64,000 bases of DNA from an uncultured virus (IMG/VR IMGVR_UViG_3300042384_001469) (taxonomy: Duplodnaviria > Heunggongvirae > Uroviricota > Caudoviricetes), in IMG/VR virus record IMGVR_UViG_3300042384_001469, one strand, 5' to 3'. The notes below the pieces were generated by a model. The model did no database searches, had not been told where the DNA came from, and saw nothing but the letters and a program-made list of their open reading frames with translations. Each line of letters begins with the position of its first letter. Position 1 is the stretch's first letter. The position numbers and the translations under genes were made by a program. Shown in pieces: positions 54,801 to 63,999 of the stretch.

Positions 54801-57790
54801 TATGAACCACTTGTCGTGTTTTTATACCCTCCACTAATAGTTGATGAAATAGAACATGCGGAATTACAACATCCATTTAGTATTGTTGTAAACGTTCCAA
54901 TGGAACTTACTAAATTATTAAATCCGTTTAAAATATTTGATGTATCACCTAAAACCCTATTTAAACATCCATTACCAATAATTGTATACGCAAATTTTGA
55001 ACTTGCTCCTGATAGAATGTTTGAACATCCCGCTAAAATTACACTATTACTTGTATTACCCGTATTTGAGGAACCATTTAATATTGTAACATTCGCAAAT
55101 GAAGGAGTGATAATATTTGACTGTCCGTTAAGTATTGATGACTGATTTCCACAAGAACAGTTTAAAGTACCACCACCAATAAACGAAGTACAACCTGATA
55201 CAATATTTCGGTATCCCCCTGATATGGTTGAGTAAATTCCTGACGAGGTATTAAATCTACCACCAACTACTGAGCTATAAGAACCACAAGAAAAGTTTCT
55301 ATACCCTCCTGATATGGTTGAATATATTCCTGATGAAGTATTACATTTTCCGCCAAGAACAGATGAACAAGCTCCATAAGCACAGTTATTAATACCCCCA
55401 CCAATTGTTGAGGTTAGTCCTGTTGCTGAGTTTGAACTTCCTCCTCCAATAAATGAACAAGTTCCAACAGCATTATTACCAGTACCTCCAACAACCGCAC
55501 TATGAGTTCCACAAGAATTGTTTTTATAACCACCTAAAATTGATGAACATCCTCCTACCGCACAGTTAAAATAACCACCACTAATAGTACTAAAGTCACC
55601 ATACGAAATATTTTTATAACCACCACCAATAGTTCCTGAGCTACCTGTGACACAGTTTACTTGTCCACCTGCGATAACACTATTAACAGATGTTCCGGTA
55701 TTTAATTGTCCCCCTCCAATAAATGAAGAAGGTCCGTTTGAATAGTTTTTATACCCCCCACTTACGGTCGCACACCCTCCATTAGCCCAATTACACTTAC
55801 CACCCCCAATTATGGATGAGTTACCTGAAGCACAATTTATTAAACCTCCTAATACAGAAGAGTAACAACCACTTGAGGTATTTTTATACCCACCACCTAC
55901 TATTGAATAATCGCAAGTTGCAGTGTTACTATTTCCTCCACCTATTGTCGACCAAAAACAATTTGCAGTGTTAACACTCCCTCCACCTATTGTCGACCCA
56001 TTTCCATTTGTAGTGTTACCATTTCCTCCACCTATGGTTGATACCGGCCCAATTGACTCATTATCTTCACCTCCACCTATTGTCGACCCATTTCCTGTTG
56101 CGCAATTTGTATGCCCCCCTCCAATTGTTGCGTAATATTGAGAACTAATACTATTTACATACCCTCCATTGATGGTATTGAAACATCCATAGATACCTAC
56201 GTTATTAAGATTAATAATTGGAGTACTATATACATTTGACCCAGTATTCACTGATAAATCCAAACAAGTATACCCCCCACTATATGATGAATTAGTAATA
56301 TCACCTTTAATTAAATTACCATCATAATTATTAAAAAATTGGACAGTGTCACCATTAGGGTATAACGCTGTAACATCCCCACTAAGATATACTCTATTAT
56401 AACCAGAATTCGTACAATATAGATTTGAATACGTTATACCCTTACCAATAATATTAGAGACTCCACCATTAATGTTACCAGCATAAGATTTAACAATATT
56501 ACCTAATCCTCCTAAAATTGAGGAAGCCTGTGATTCAACACTATTATAGTTACCCCCTAAAATTGAGGAGCACACACCTTTACCAGTAACTATATTACAT
56601 TTACCACCACCTACGGTTGAGTAATAAGAACTTGCGGTGTTACCTTGTCCTCCACCTACGGTTGAGTAATAAGAACTTGCGGTGTTACCTTGTCCTCCAC
56701 CTACAGTTGAGTTATTACCACTTGCGGTGTTTTGATATCCCCCACTTACGGTTGAGTATTTACTACTTGAGGTGTTTTGATATCCCCCACTTACGGTTGA
56801 GTTATAACTACTTGCGGTATTACCAACTCCACCACCTACGGTTGAGTTGTAACCACTTGCAGTATTACCAACTCCACCACCTACGGTTGAGTATTTACTA
56901 CTTGAGTTGTTTTTATATCCACCACCAACAGTTGAGTATTTACTACTTGAGGTGTTACAATATCCCCCACTTACGGTTGAGTTATAGGAACTTGATGTAT
57001 TACAACGTCCACCACCTACGGTTGAATAAAATCCACTTGATGTATGAAAACCTCCTCCTCCGATTGTTGAAAAATAATTACTTGAGGTGTTACCTTGTCC
57101 TCCACCAACAAATGAATAATTACCTGAAGCGGTATTACCTGAACCCGCAAGAGCACCTCCAAAATCACCCGCAGCCGTATTATTAACCCCACATCTTATT
57201 GTGGAATTAATTCCTGTACCTGTAATATATAAAGTACTTGCGGATGAGGTACTTCCAGTTGAACCGTATTTTTTCCAAATAGCGGTAGCGTGTGTTGCGC
57301 CTCCAACACCTTCAATAGTCGATGCCGTCCAAGCGTTAATGAAGTTTTGACTTGCAACAGTCGTATTATTAATTGTGGTTCCAAAATCATAAAATGTAAT
57401 TGCAGTAGTTGCAGTTACCGCAGACCATAATGATTCGTAATTATCAATTCTGAATTGGTACACTTGGTCGTCTTCATAGACGTAAGCCAACATACCCAAC
57501 CTTTTTCTTCCCGAAGATATATTATCAGAATTAAGTGTTAGTACATCAGGTGAAAATACCGCACCAGTCCCCTTTGTAAATTGTATTGGTATGGTATTAC
57601 CACTATACTCAATTGGTCCAAATGTTGCAAATGGTATTGTATATACTAAATCAGTAAGATTAAATACCTCCATGTACCCACCAACTCCAAGTACTGAAAA
57701 ATTTGTTCCAAATGTTTCGGACCTTTCAACAGATTGTACTCCATTTAATTGTTCTGAACTTATTGGGTTTTTATATGGGAATGTAGACAT
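51866..57790 (-). CDS. Giant Cys/Gly/Ser-rich tail fibre with 14-aa beta-helix repeats and a C-terminal peptidase S74 intramolecular chaperone
   Basis: 1974 aa; S(T/F)(V/I)GGGxxN repeats; SDLRRK..LKPVKF..GFVAQDV..PELV..LDYDGI..KSLQE. Confidence 0.85.
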   Translation of the reverse strand: MSTFPYKNPISSEQLNGVQSVERSETFGTNFSVLGVGGYMEVFNLTDLVYTIPFATFGPIEYSGNTIPIQFTKGTGAVFSPDVLTLNSDNISSGRKRLGMLAYVYEDDQVYQFRIDNYESLWSAVTATTAITFYDFGTTINNTTVASQNFINAWTASTIEGVGGATHATAIWKKYGSTGSTSSASTLYITGTGINSTIRCGVNNTAAGDFGGALAGSGNTASGNYSFVGGGQGNTSSNYFSTIGGGGFHTSSGFYSTVGGGRCNTSSSYNSTVSGGYCNTSSSKYSTVGGGYKNNSSSKYSTVGGGVGNTASGYNSTVGGGVGNTASSYNSTVSGGYQNTSSSKYSTVSGGYQNTASGNNSTVGGGQGNTASSYYSTVGGGQGNTASSYYSTVGGGKCNIVTGKGVCSSILGGNYNSVESQASSILGGLGNIVKSYAGNINGGVSNIIGKGITYSNLYCTNSGYNRVYLSGDVTALYPNGDTVQFFNNYDGNLIKGDITNSSYSGGYTCLDLSVNTGSNVYSTPIINLNNVGIYGCFNTINGGYVNSISSQYYATIGGGHTNCATGNGSTIGGGEDNESIGPVSTIGGGNGNTTNGNGSTIGGGSVNTANCFWSTIGGGNSNTATCDYSIVGGGYKNTSSGCYSSVLGGLINCASGNSSIIGGGKCNWANGGCATVSGGYKNYSNGPSSFIGGGQLNTGTSVNSVIAGGQVNCVTGSSGTIGGGYKNISYGDFSTISGGYFNCAVGGCSSILGGYKNNSCGTHSAVVGGTGNNAVGTCSFIGGGSSNSATGLTSTIGGGINNCAYGACSSVLGGKCNTSSGIYSTISGGYRNFSCGSYSSVVGGRFNTSSGIYSTISGGYRNIVSGCTSFIGGGTLNCSCGNQSSILNGQSNIITPSFANVTILNGSSNTGNTSNSVILAGCSNILSGASSKFAYTIIGNGCLNRVLGDTSNILNGFNNLVSSIGTFTTILNGCCNSACSISSTISGGYKNTTSGSYSFIGGGRNNTASNIYGSIINGTGNTSSSVSSLIGNGIGNTVSSRYGSVINGICNLSQGASFNTITNGCLNNICGKTSCFSSIINGSGNTINTSTYSFIGNGSGNTLSANTTGSFISNGYNNIVSGCSSYIGNGNSNTISGNYSAIINAGKGFTYGGSIICGSHSTIISNNGNVGKCGGWICGDSNLIGNSTSSCIWRNTFSLQMNTNCSQIIDGNDKGCSYNQIIGGTNSFVCGSYATTVINGFGHQINNVTYGFVGNGSHVMGGHNNVTTSGYTSIINGNSNIICFSSHSFIGGGTSNRICGAAKNLTGVWSFIGSGFGNGTCGGTPDWNNLVFSPSGAVTQSSGTFSFIGNGFQNNTTGSGSTVVNGYCNYNNADWSFVGNGSGNTLNACYSTVVNGIGNCICNLAYYGSILVGSGNTNSGCYSTIVSGNRNNIVSRPSSFIGGGCCNIISANVSTFLITVVGGCCNIGSGGNSFIGAGSCNSNSGGTSFIGAGACNTVSSSYSSIVGGRGNTINTGSYSSILGGISNTVSGGYSAVLGGCGNTSSSKYSTIGGGCLNTNSSVAGFIGGGLRNSGLTGNYVTVVGGELNCTIGAWSFIGGGQCNRSCCSYSFIGGGQCNVISGQSTTIGGGFKNSACCDFAFLGGGYQGISNGCYSVLGGGLNNISCLFSTSVLGGANNSGHTSYSFIGGGICNAVTSGSDCSVINGGFCNRISNLNSFVGGGGCNSVTGQFSGIVGGSGNTVSSNFSFAAGCGLTASVACTFYSNNFCGTTSVNSPSFSGSVGTISGTKGSITISGSSVGALTTFCGSGTVGGASYIDFIRVTNNSGGATNPNKTFRVNGTGGLEVVNSTYGTIILSLTDAGVLSTPGGGTSDLRRKINVQYINDEITPHILNLKPVKFEYKDYSGTTRHGFVAQDVLIAYPELVLGDGEKEDGTYGLDYDGILSLTVKSLQETILRVEKLEKEIELLKNSSSQ
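56590..57150 (-). repeat. 42-bp tandem coding repeats, some near-identical
   Basis: e.g. CCACCTACGGTTGAGTAATAAGAACTTGCGGTGTTACCTTGTCCT twice at about 56608-56696. Confidence 0.85.
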
Positions 57791-57802
57791 ATACTATAAT
57801 TA

Positions 57803-58900
57803 TTAACTTACTGTATTTCCTTTAAAATATATATCGGAAGTATTCAATAAATTAAAGTTTGTTGATGGGTAAGTTGTATAAACCCTATATGTCGTTTGAG
57901 GTATTGTAGTTCCACTGTAAGTAAAATAATAAGAATATATTGTTGGTTCAGTATTTACAGTTGTTGGTGGCATAGATGGACTTGATGTACTATAATCAAT
58001 TTTAGTTTGGTATAATCCATTAGTCATTCCTGTTGGAATCATCCATGTGTACCACGCTTTACCTGAAACAGTGTTTTTATCGACTTTAGTTGTTTTGAAA
58101 TTATATGCAACAATAGCATTACCAAATGAATCATTTCCACCAGTTGTTTGTGGAACATCCTGATTTATGATTGATGGGAACAATCCTGATGTCCATCCTG
58201 AGAAATCGACATAAATGTTTAATTGTTGATTAAATTTATTTTGATTAAGTGCAGGAGCAGTACTATTTGTAAATCCATAGAATGTCTGTGAGTTATCGTA
58301 CATCCATTGTCCAATATCCGTACTACCACTTTGAGGTTCAATGAATAAGAACGCTTTAGTTGGTGGTAACGGAGATAGTGACGGAGTAACACTAGGAGTA
58401 TTTGTTGTTGTTGGAGTTTTTGTTTTAGTCACAGTCGGAGTAATGGTCACAGTAGGGGTGTTAGTCGGAGTCGGTGTTGGAGTTTGAGGAGTTGGTGTCG
58501 GGGTTGACGTAGGAGTTGGTGTTAAAGCAGTAGGAGTAATAGTTGGTGTAGGAGTTTTAGTTGATGTAATACTTGGTGTTGGGGTATTAGTTGGTGTTGG
58601 GGTAGGGGTTTGGTTAGTTGGTGTAATTGTAGGTGTTGGGGTAACAGTTGGAGTATTTGTATTGGTAGGTGTTGGGGTAAACATACTTAGACTACTTTCA
58701 CTAATACATCCATTCGCATCATAAACCCTTACCACAACTACCGGAGCAGTATTATATGGTGCAGGTACTGATAATACTAACTGTGGAGGTATGTAAGAAT
58801 CGTAGTACGCAATGGTTTGACAATTAACTTTAAAATAATCACAGACCTCCACTGTGTATGGAGGTACTCCTGTTATGTTATTTAAAGTTATAAGACACAT
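57803..58900 (-). CDS. Virion protein with the shared N-terminal domain and a long Pro/Thr stalk
   Basis: About 100-aa TPTPT tract between two globular domains. Confidence 0.75.
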   Translation of the reverse strand: MCLITLNNITGVPPYTVEVCDYFKVNCQTIAYYDSYIPPQLVLSVPAPYNTAPVVVVRVYDANGCISESSLSMFTPTPTNTNTPTVTPTPTITPTNQTPTPTPTNTPTPSITSTKTPTPTITPTALTPTPTSTPTPTPQTPTPTPTNTPTVTITPTVTKTKTPTTTNTPSVTPSLSPLPPTKAFLFIEPQSGSTDIGQWMYDNSQTFYGFTNSTAPALNQNKFNQQLNIYVDFSGWTSGLFPSIINQDVPQTTGGNDSFGNAIVAYNFKTTKVDKNTVSGKAWYTWMIPTGMTNGLYQTKIDYSTSSPSMPPTTVNTEPTIYSYYFTYSGTTIPQTTYRVYTTYPSTNFNLLNTSDIYFKGNTVS

Positions 58901-58903
58901 CTA

Positions 58904-61111
58904 TTATGATTGACAATCAATGTCGTATTCTATTTTTAAATCAATAGTTATGTTTAAGTCTTGTAATATATCATAACTTAAATTACAATCTGAAGATATT
59001 ACGACAATGTTCATAGAAGAATCAATAATAACATTCCCTACACCATAAGCACCGTTTAATGATGATTGTATTGCACTTATAAATAAATCGTCAGTCGGAG
59101 CATTAGTTAAAGAATTAGATGTATAAAATTGGGTGGCATACACTTGAGAACCCAATGTCACCTCAACAATAAAATTGGCATAATTTAAAATACAATTTGA
59201 CCCATTAGTCAAATCTAAGTATCCTTCATTATACATTTGTATTATTCCTCTTTTTTGATTTGAGGTTTCGGTAAAAGTCTGTTGACAAATGTTAAAAACT
59301 TGATAAGAAGAACTAACTAAACTACCACAACTTACTGAGACTGTTTTAGTTAAAACACAACCATTATTATCTGTTAAAGTTAAACTATATAAATCACTAG
59401 TTAATCCTGTTAAATAAATGCCTTCCTGAGTACCAATAGAGATAAACCCATCGATAGTACTTGCGCTCCAATAAAAATCAAATGGTGGGATTCCTGAATT
59501 TATAATTGCACTTGCAGTACCTTGAGCACCTGTACCACATCCTGTCGAATACAAATCAAAATTAACTTCAGATTGATTTGTTAAAACGCTTGTTGCCGTT
59601 TGTGTACATCCACTTTCATCCGTAACAACAATTGAATAGACTCCAGTTGTAAGTGAACTAAAAGTATATGAAGTGTCATTTGTCGGTCCATAACTTTCAA
59701 TACCCACTAACTCATATGTAAAAGTTGTAGAATTTATTGGTGTGATATCAACCGTTATAAATCCGTTATCAGAATTACAAGTAGTATCAATTGAACTAAC
59801 ATTAATTATAAAGTCATTTGATTGTTCAATAGTGTAGGTATCGGTGTATTCACAACTTCCTAAATAATCAGAAATAGTTAACGTGTATGTATCGGCAGTT
59901 AAATTTGTAAACTGATAATTGTTTACTTGTGTAATAACAGTATTTGAAATACCATTACTATCCTCTAATGTATATGTAAATGGTGAGTTACCTATTAAAT
60001 TAACTGATAATGAACCATATGATGTACATGTCACATTGTTTGTAACAACAGATATCACATTAAAATTACCCTCCATTGGGACTTGTATATCTTGTGAAAA
60101 ATTACAAAGAGCCAAATCAACTATTTGTACTGTATATGTGTTAGCAGCTAAGCCTGAAAAAGTATACGTCGTAGAATAACTTATTGCCGAGTCACCATTT
60201 GATAGTATGTAATAATACGGAGGAGTACCTCCTGAAATATTTAATGTCACAGTACCATCATTTGAGAGACAAGATGCTTGTGTGGATGTATAAAAATTTA
60301 ACCCTAAAGGCGGTACTGTATTAATTATTGCGGATTTAGTTACTTGACATCCAGTTGAGTCCGTAACTATCACACTATAACTACCCGCGGACAATCCACT
60401 AACAGTAGTTGCAGTAATACTTGCGTTCGGTACATTTGACGACCATTCGTACAAAAATGGAGGTTGTCCTGTATTACCAGTAATAGTAAGTTTTCCGTAT
60501 CCATTATTACATGATGAAGCATTCGCAACAAGTAACCCAAAATCAAACTCTGAAGAATTTCTTATAATACAAGTTTGACTTGAACACTGACATCCACCAT
60601 AATCAAAAAGTGTTACCTGATATGTTCCGGCAGATAACCCATCAAAAAATGCCGAAGTTGAAACTTGAGGATTTGAATATAAGGGTGGAGGTGCCTCTTG
60701 AGTCACAACAGTAGTTAGAGCACTTGTAACATACACACCTTCTCGATATAAATAAACTGTACCATACGAAGGAGCGTAAGCGGTAGTGGCCGTTAATGAA
60801 CCATTAGGTAAATTACATGTAGTATCTTGAACATCTATTGAAACACAACATCCTGTGTTAATATAAAAATTAATGTTAGTTGTGTTATTTACCGGAATTG
60901 ATTGGTCACTTACATAAAAACTATAAGACCCTCCTGATAATGAAGTTATCGTAGTTGCACTACCAACCAATACAATTGGTGATAATGCAGGTGATAACCA
61001 TGTTATAGTATAATTAGGGGTACCTCCAAAAATTGTAAGTCCAACCGCACCTGATGAATTGCTTTGACAGTCACCTGTGATTTGTAATTCATAATTTAAC
61101 GTTATCGCCAT
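58904..61111 (-). CDS. SprB-like repeat structural protein
   Basis: Repeated GGTP(N/P)Y..W/Y..GLSAGSYSVIVTDSTGC units. Confidence 0.75.
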   Translation of the reverse strand: MAITLNYELQITGDCQSNSSGAVGLTIFGGTPNYTITWLSPALSPIVLVGSATTITSLSGGSYSFYVSDQSIPVNNTTNINFYINTGCCVSIDVQDTTCNLPNGSLTATTAYAPSYGTVYLYREGVYVTSALTTVVTQEAPPPLYSNPQVSTSAFFDGLSAGTYQVTLFDYGGCQCSSQTCIIRNSSEFDFGLLVANASSCNNGYGKLTITGNTGQPPFLYEWSSNVPNASITATTVSGLSAGSYSVIVTDSTGCQVTKSAIINTVPPLGLNFYTSTQASCLSNDGTVTLNISGGTPPYYYILSNGDSAISYSTTYTFSGLAANTYTVQIVDLALCNFSQDIQVPMEGNFNVISVVTNNVTCTSYGSLSVNLIGNSPFTYTLEDSNGISNTVITQVNNYQFTNLTADTYTLTISDYLGSCEYTDTYTIEQSNDFIINVSSIDTTCNSDNGFITVDITPINSTTFTYELVGIESYGPTNDTSYTFSSLTTGVYSIVVTDESGCTQTATSVLTNQSEVNFDLYSTGCGTGAQGTASAIINSGIPPFDFYWSASTIDGFISIGTQEGIYLTGLTSDLYSLTLTDNNGCVLTKTVSVSCGSLVSSSYQVFNICQQTFTETSNQKRGIIQMYNEGYLDLTNGSNCILNYANFIVEVTLGSQVYATQFYTSNSLTNAPTDDLFISAIQSSLNGAYGVGNVIIDSSMNIVVISSDCNLSYDILQDLNITIDLKIEYDIDCQS

Positions 61112-63999
61112 TAATTACATGCTAATGAAAAGTTTATACCCACGTTTAAATTAAACGTTTGGTTTAAAAAATCTTGCCCACAATCCAAATTCTGTACATA
61201 CAAAATAGAATTACTTATATAATAATTTAAATTATAATTATTAAGTTGTGGTAAATAAGTCTGTAAAGCACTTACCCATTGACTTTGTGTTGGGAATGAA
61301 TCACTATTATTTAATCCATACCCATCAAAAAATGATTGTTGGATTAATTGATTTCCTCCTACATTTATATCAACATACCACGTACTATATAAACTATTTA
61401 AATCACAATCATTAAATGTCAATCCAATTTGACTTAAATAATTATTTAATGTCTGATACAATACATCCGCAAATGAAGGTACTGAAGTTAATCCATTACT
61501 CCATGGATATATTGAACAACTAATTGTTTCGTAATTACAATCATAAGAAAACAATGGTCCCGTAGCATTACAAGTTTCACACGGTATTGGTATAATCTCA
61601 CATCCTTGTTGTCTTCGGTATACGTATTTTTGTCTATGAAATACTGAATTTTCTAATTTAACACCAGTATTCCAAATCGTTGTTGCGGGAACCATTTGTT
61701 CCACTAATCTAATCCAATAGTCCCCTAACCCTTCAACATATTCAATTAATTTTTCATACGTGAATTGATTTGTTGGTATATTAACGGTTTCATTAGATAG
61801 TAAGTATTGCCAAAATATAGATTGTAATTTAGGATATCCTCCTGTTTTACCATCAGAGATAAATAATCTATCTCTAACATTTATCATATTCTTTATAAAA
61901 TCTTGAGCAAATTCAAAAAATGTCTTTTTTTGAGGTTTAGGATTGATTACTGTTCTGTCAAATTCAAACCCACAATAAACTAAACCGTTAACTCCAGTAC
62001 CCGCACTATAATTACAGTCACCAAGATTAAATCCATTTAATAAGTTTGCGGAAGAAAAATTAGGTAATCCGGTACTTGGTATTGGATAATTTGAAGTTTG
62101 GGAAATATACCAAACGTCGTATAACAATCCTTGTGCGGGGTTTAAATATAAATCAACATTTTTAACATTAATAACCAATCTATCATCTCCAACATAATAA
62201 TCTGAATTAAATCCAGCGTCAGAATTTTGTCGACTAGTATCTGTAGATACCCAACTTTTTCTATTGTCTTTAGTTTTCTGTAAACCAAATCCAAGATTTA
62301 AATAAGGTAAATTTTCATATCTTTGCAAATATGGTAACCCATAAGTGAATGGAGATAATTGAGTTTGTACATTAAAATTTTGTCCTGTAAAAACACTTGT
62401 AGTATAGTTTATAATTTCCGAACTTCTATGAACAGGTGTAGATTCAAACCACCCCGCACCTATTTGAAAATAATAACTTTCACTAGGTTCTACCATTGAT
62501 GGATAACCTTGACTGTCCACAGGGTAATCATTTCTTGTAGTATCAGTTTCAATAACAGTATTTGTTATTGTAAAGGCGGTGTATATATTACCTTGTATTG
62601 AATAAGTTGTTGAAGAGTCTAAAACAACTGATTGTTGTATGTATGAACCTCCTGCGATTAATTCGTACCTTTGATTAAACTCATTTATATTAATTTTTTG
62701 GTCAGCTACGTAAACAGTCTCGTTAAATTCAACAACTGCGTCAGGAGCCCCGATTAATCTTAATAAACTTTCAATAGATTTTCTTGTACCCTTTGACTTA
62801 AATAGATAAGCTGAGTTCATTATCAAATTTCTAAAATATTGATAATTTAATTCATCGGGAGTAGGATTAGAACTTATACCATCAAACAATGGTGTTGGAT
62901 TTGTTGTAAATAAAGAATCTAAAAAATTGTCATTAGTTATAGGTGAAATATCCGTATTCCACCCTAAAGTTTGAGCCAAATTTTTTAACAACTGTGATGG
63001 TATATCATTACCAATATTATAATTAACAGATGTCATGTTGGCCAAAGCATCAATGAAAACTCTTGTTTCATCAAAACTTCTACCATAAATTTTTAAAACT
63101 TTATCAACTTTTTGGTCTTGGGTATCAAACTCTACAAGTGAATCGGTAACTAAGAATCTAGCAATTAAATTAGTTTTGTAGCTATCAAAATTTTCAGCAA
63201 TTTCATTTAACTTTTCTAAATAAACCGTGAAAGAATCAGTTAAAATATCTAAATTCCATTCCCCAAATAATGGCCATGTAACTTTATCTGTAGAATTATA
63301 CACAGTACCATTATCACTTTCTAAAGGTACTGTAAATTGAGAAGTGTATATTGGGGTTGTTGACCTATCTAAAATAAATTTATCAACATAGTCTAATTCT
63401 AAATTAAATACTCTATTAACAACATCATCATTTGGTCTTATAATTAAATAATCATAACTGATTGGATTGTTATCAAATGGATTACCTTCAACAAACACGG
63501 TTAAAGTTCCCGCAGTTAAATTACTTGATGGAGTTATATTATTAATTGGATAATTTTCCCCGTTTATAACTAAAATGTAATTAGGATACTCAACTGTTAA
63601 ATTTCTTAAATCCGATACTTTAATCTCTCGAGATGATAAATTAACAGTCGCATTAGTAGTAAAGTCAATATTAAATGGATTTGATATTGATTCAATATCA
63701 ATCTCAAATTCTGTCACATTATCATTAGGGTCAAATATTATATTATTTGCAGTAACCCCACTTGTAAAATCAGGTCTATTTTTACTTATCTCTAAAGCCG
63801 CAGGAAAATAATTTACAATGTGCTCAACAGAAGAAGAAAGTCTTTTATTAAGAGGTCCATATAACGTAAAACTAGTAACTTCACTTAAATCTATATTTGG
63901 AAAAACTTGAAAATTATTTGATAGGATTGACCTACTTTGTTCAATTGTTGTATTTAAACTCTCTAACGAAATTGGATTTGAAAATACTCCAGTCTCAAA
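61111..63999 (-). CDS. Baseplate wedge-like structural protein, 5'-truncated by the window edge
   Basis: LLKNLAQTLGW, YLFKSKGTRKSIESLLRLIG; frame is open from 63717 to the edge by hand translation. Confidence 0.65.
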   Translation of the reverse strand, partial: FETGVFSNPISLESLNTTIEQSRSILSNNFQVFPNIDLSEVTSFTLYGPLNKRLSSSVEHIVNYFPAALEISKNRPDFTSGVTANNIIFDPNDNVTEFEIDIESISNPFNIDFTTNATVNLSSREIKVSDLRNLTVEYPNYILVINGENYPINNITPSSNLTAGTLTVFVEGNPFDNNPISYDYLIIRPNDDVVNRVFNLELDYVDKFILDRSTTPIYTSQFTVPLESDNGTVYNSTDKVTWPLFGEWNLDILTDSFTVYLEKLNEIAENFDSYKTNLIARFLVTDSLVEFDTQDQKVDKVLKIYGRSFDETRVFIDALANMTSVNYNIGNDIPSQLLKNLAQTLGWNTDISPITNDNFLDSLFTTNPTPLFDGISSNPTPDELNYQYFRNLIMNSAYLFKSKGTRKSIESLLRLIGAPDAVVEFNETVYVADQKININEFNQRYELIAGGSYIQQSVVLDSSTTYSIQGNIYTAFTITNTVIETDTTRNDYPVDSQGYPSMVEPSESYYFQIGAGWFESTPVHRSSEIINYTTSVFTGQNFNVQTQLSPFTYGLPYLQRYENLPYLNLGFGLQKTKDNRKSWVSTDTSRQNSDAGFNSDYYVGDDRLVINVKNVDLYLNPAQGLLYDVWYISQTSNYPIPSTGLPNFSSANLLNGFNLGDCNYSAGTGVNGLVYCGFEFDRTVINPKPQKKTFFEFAQDFIKNMINVRDRLFISDGKTGGYPKLQSIFWQYLLSNETVNIPTNQFTYEKLIEYVEGLGDYWIRLVEQMVPATTIWNTGVKLENSVFHRQKYVYRRQQGCEIIPIPCETCNATGPLFSYDCNYETISCSIYPWSNGLTSVPSFADVLYQTLNNYLSQIGLTFNDCDLNSLYSTWYVDINVGGNQLIQQSFFDGYGLNNSDSFPTQSQWVSALQTYLPQLNNYNLNYYISNSILYVQNLDCGQDFLNQTFNLNVGINFSLACN

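Noticed and set aside
56590..57150. 42-bp repeats as CRISPR or a DGR template/variable pair
   Set aside because: Contiguous in-frame coding repeats with no unique spacers; no reverse transcriptase or non-coding template copy seen
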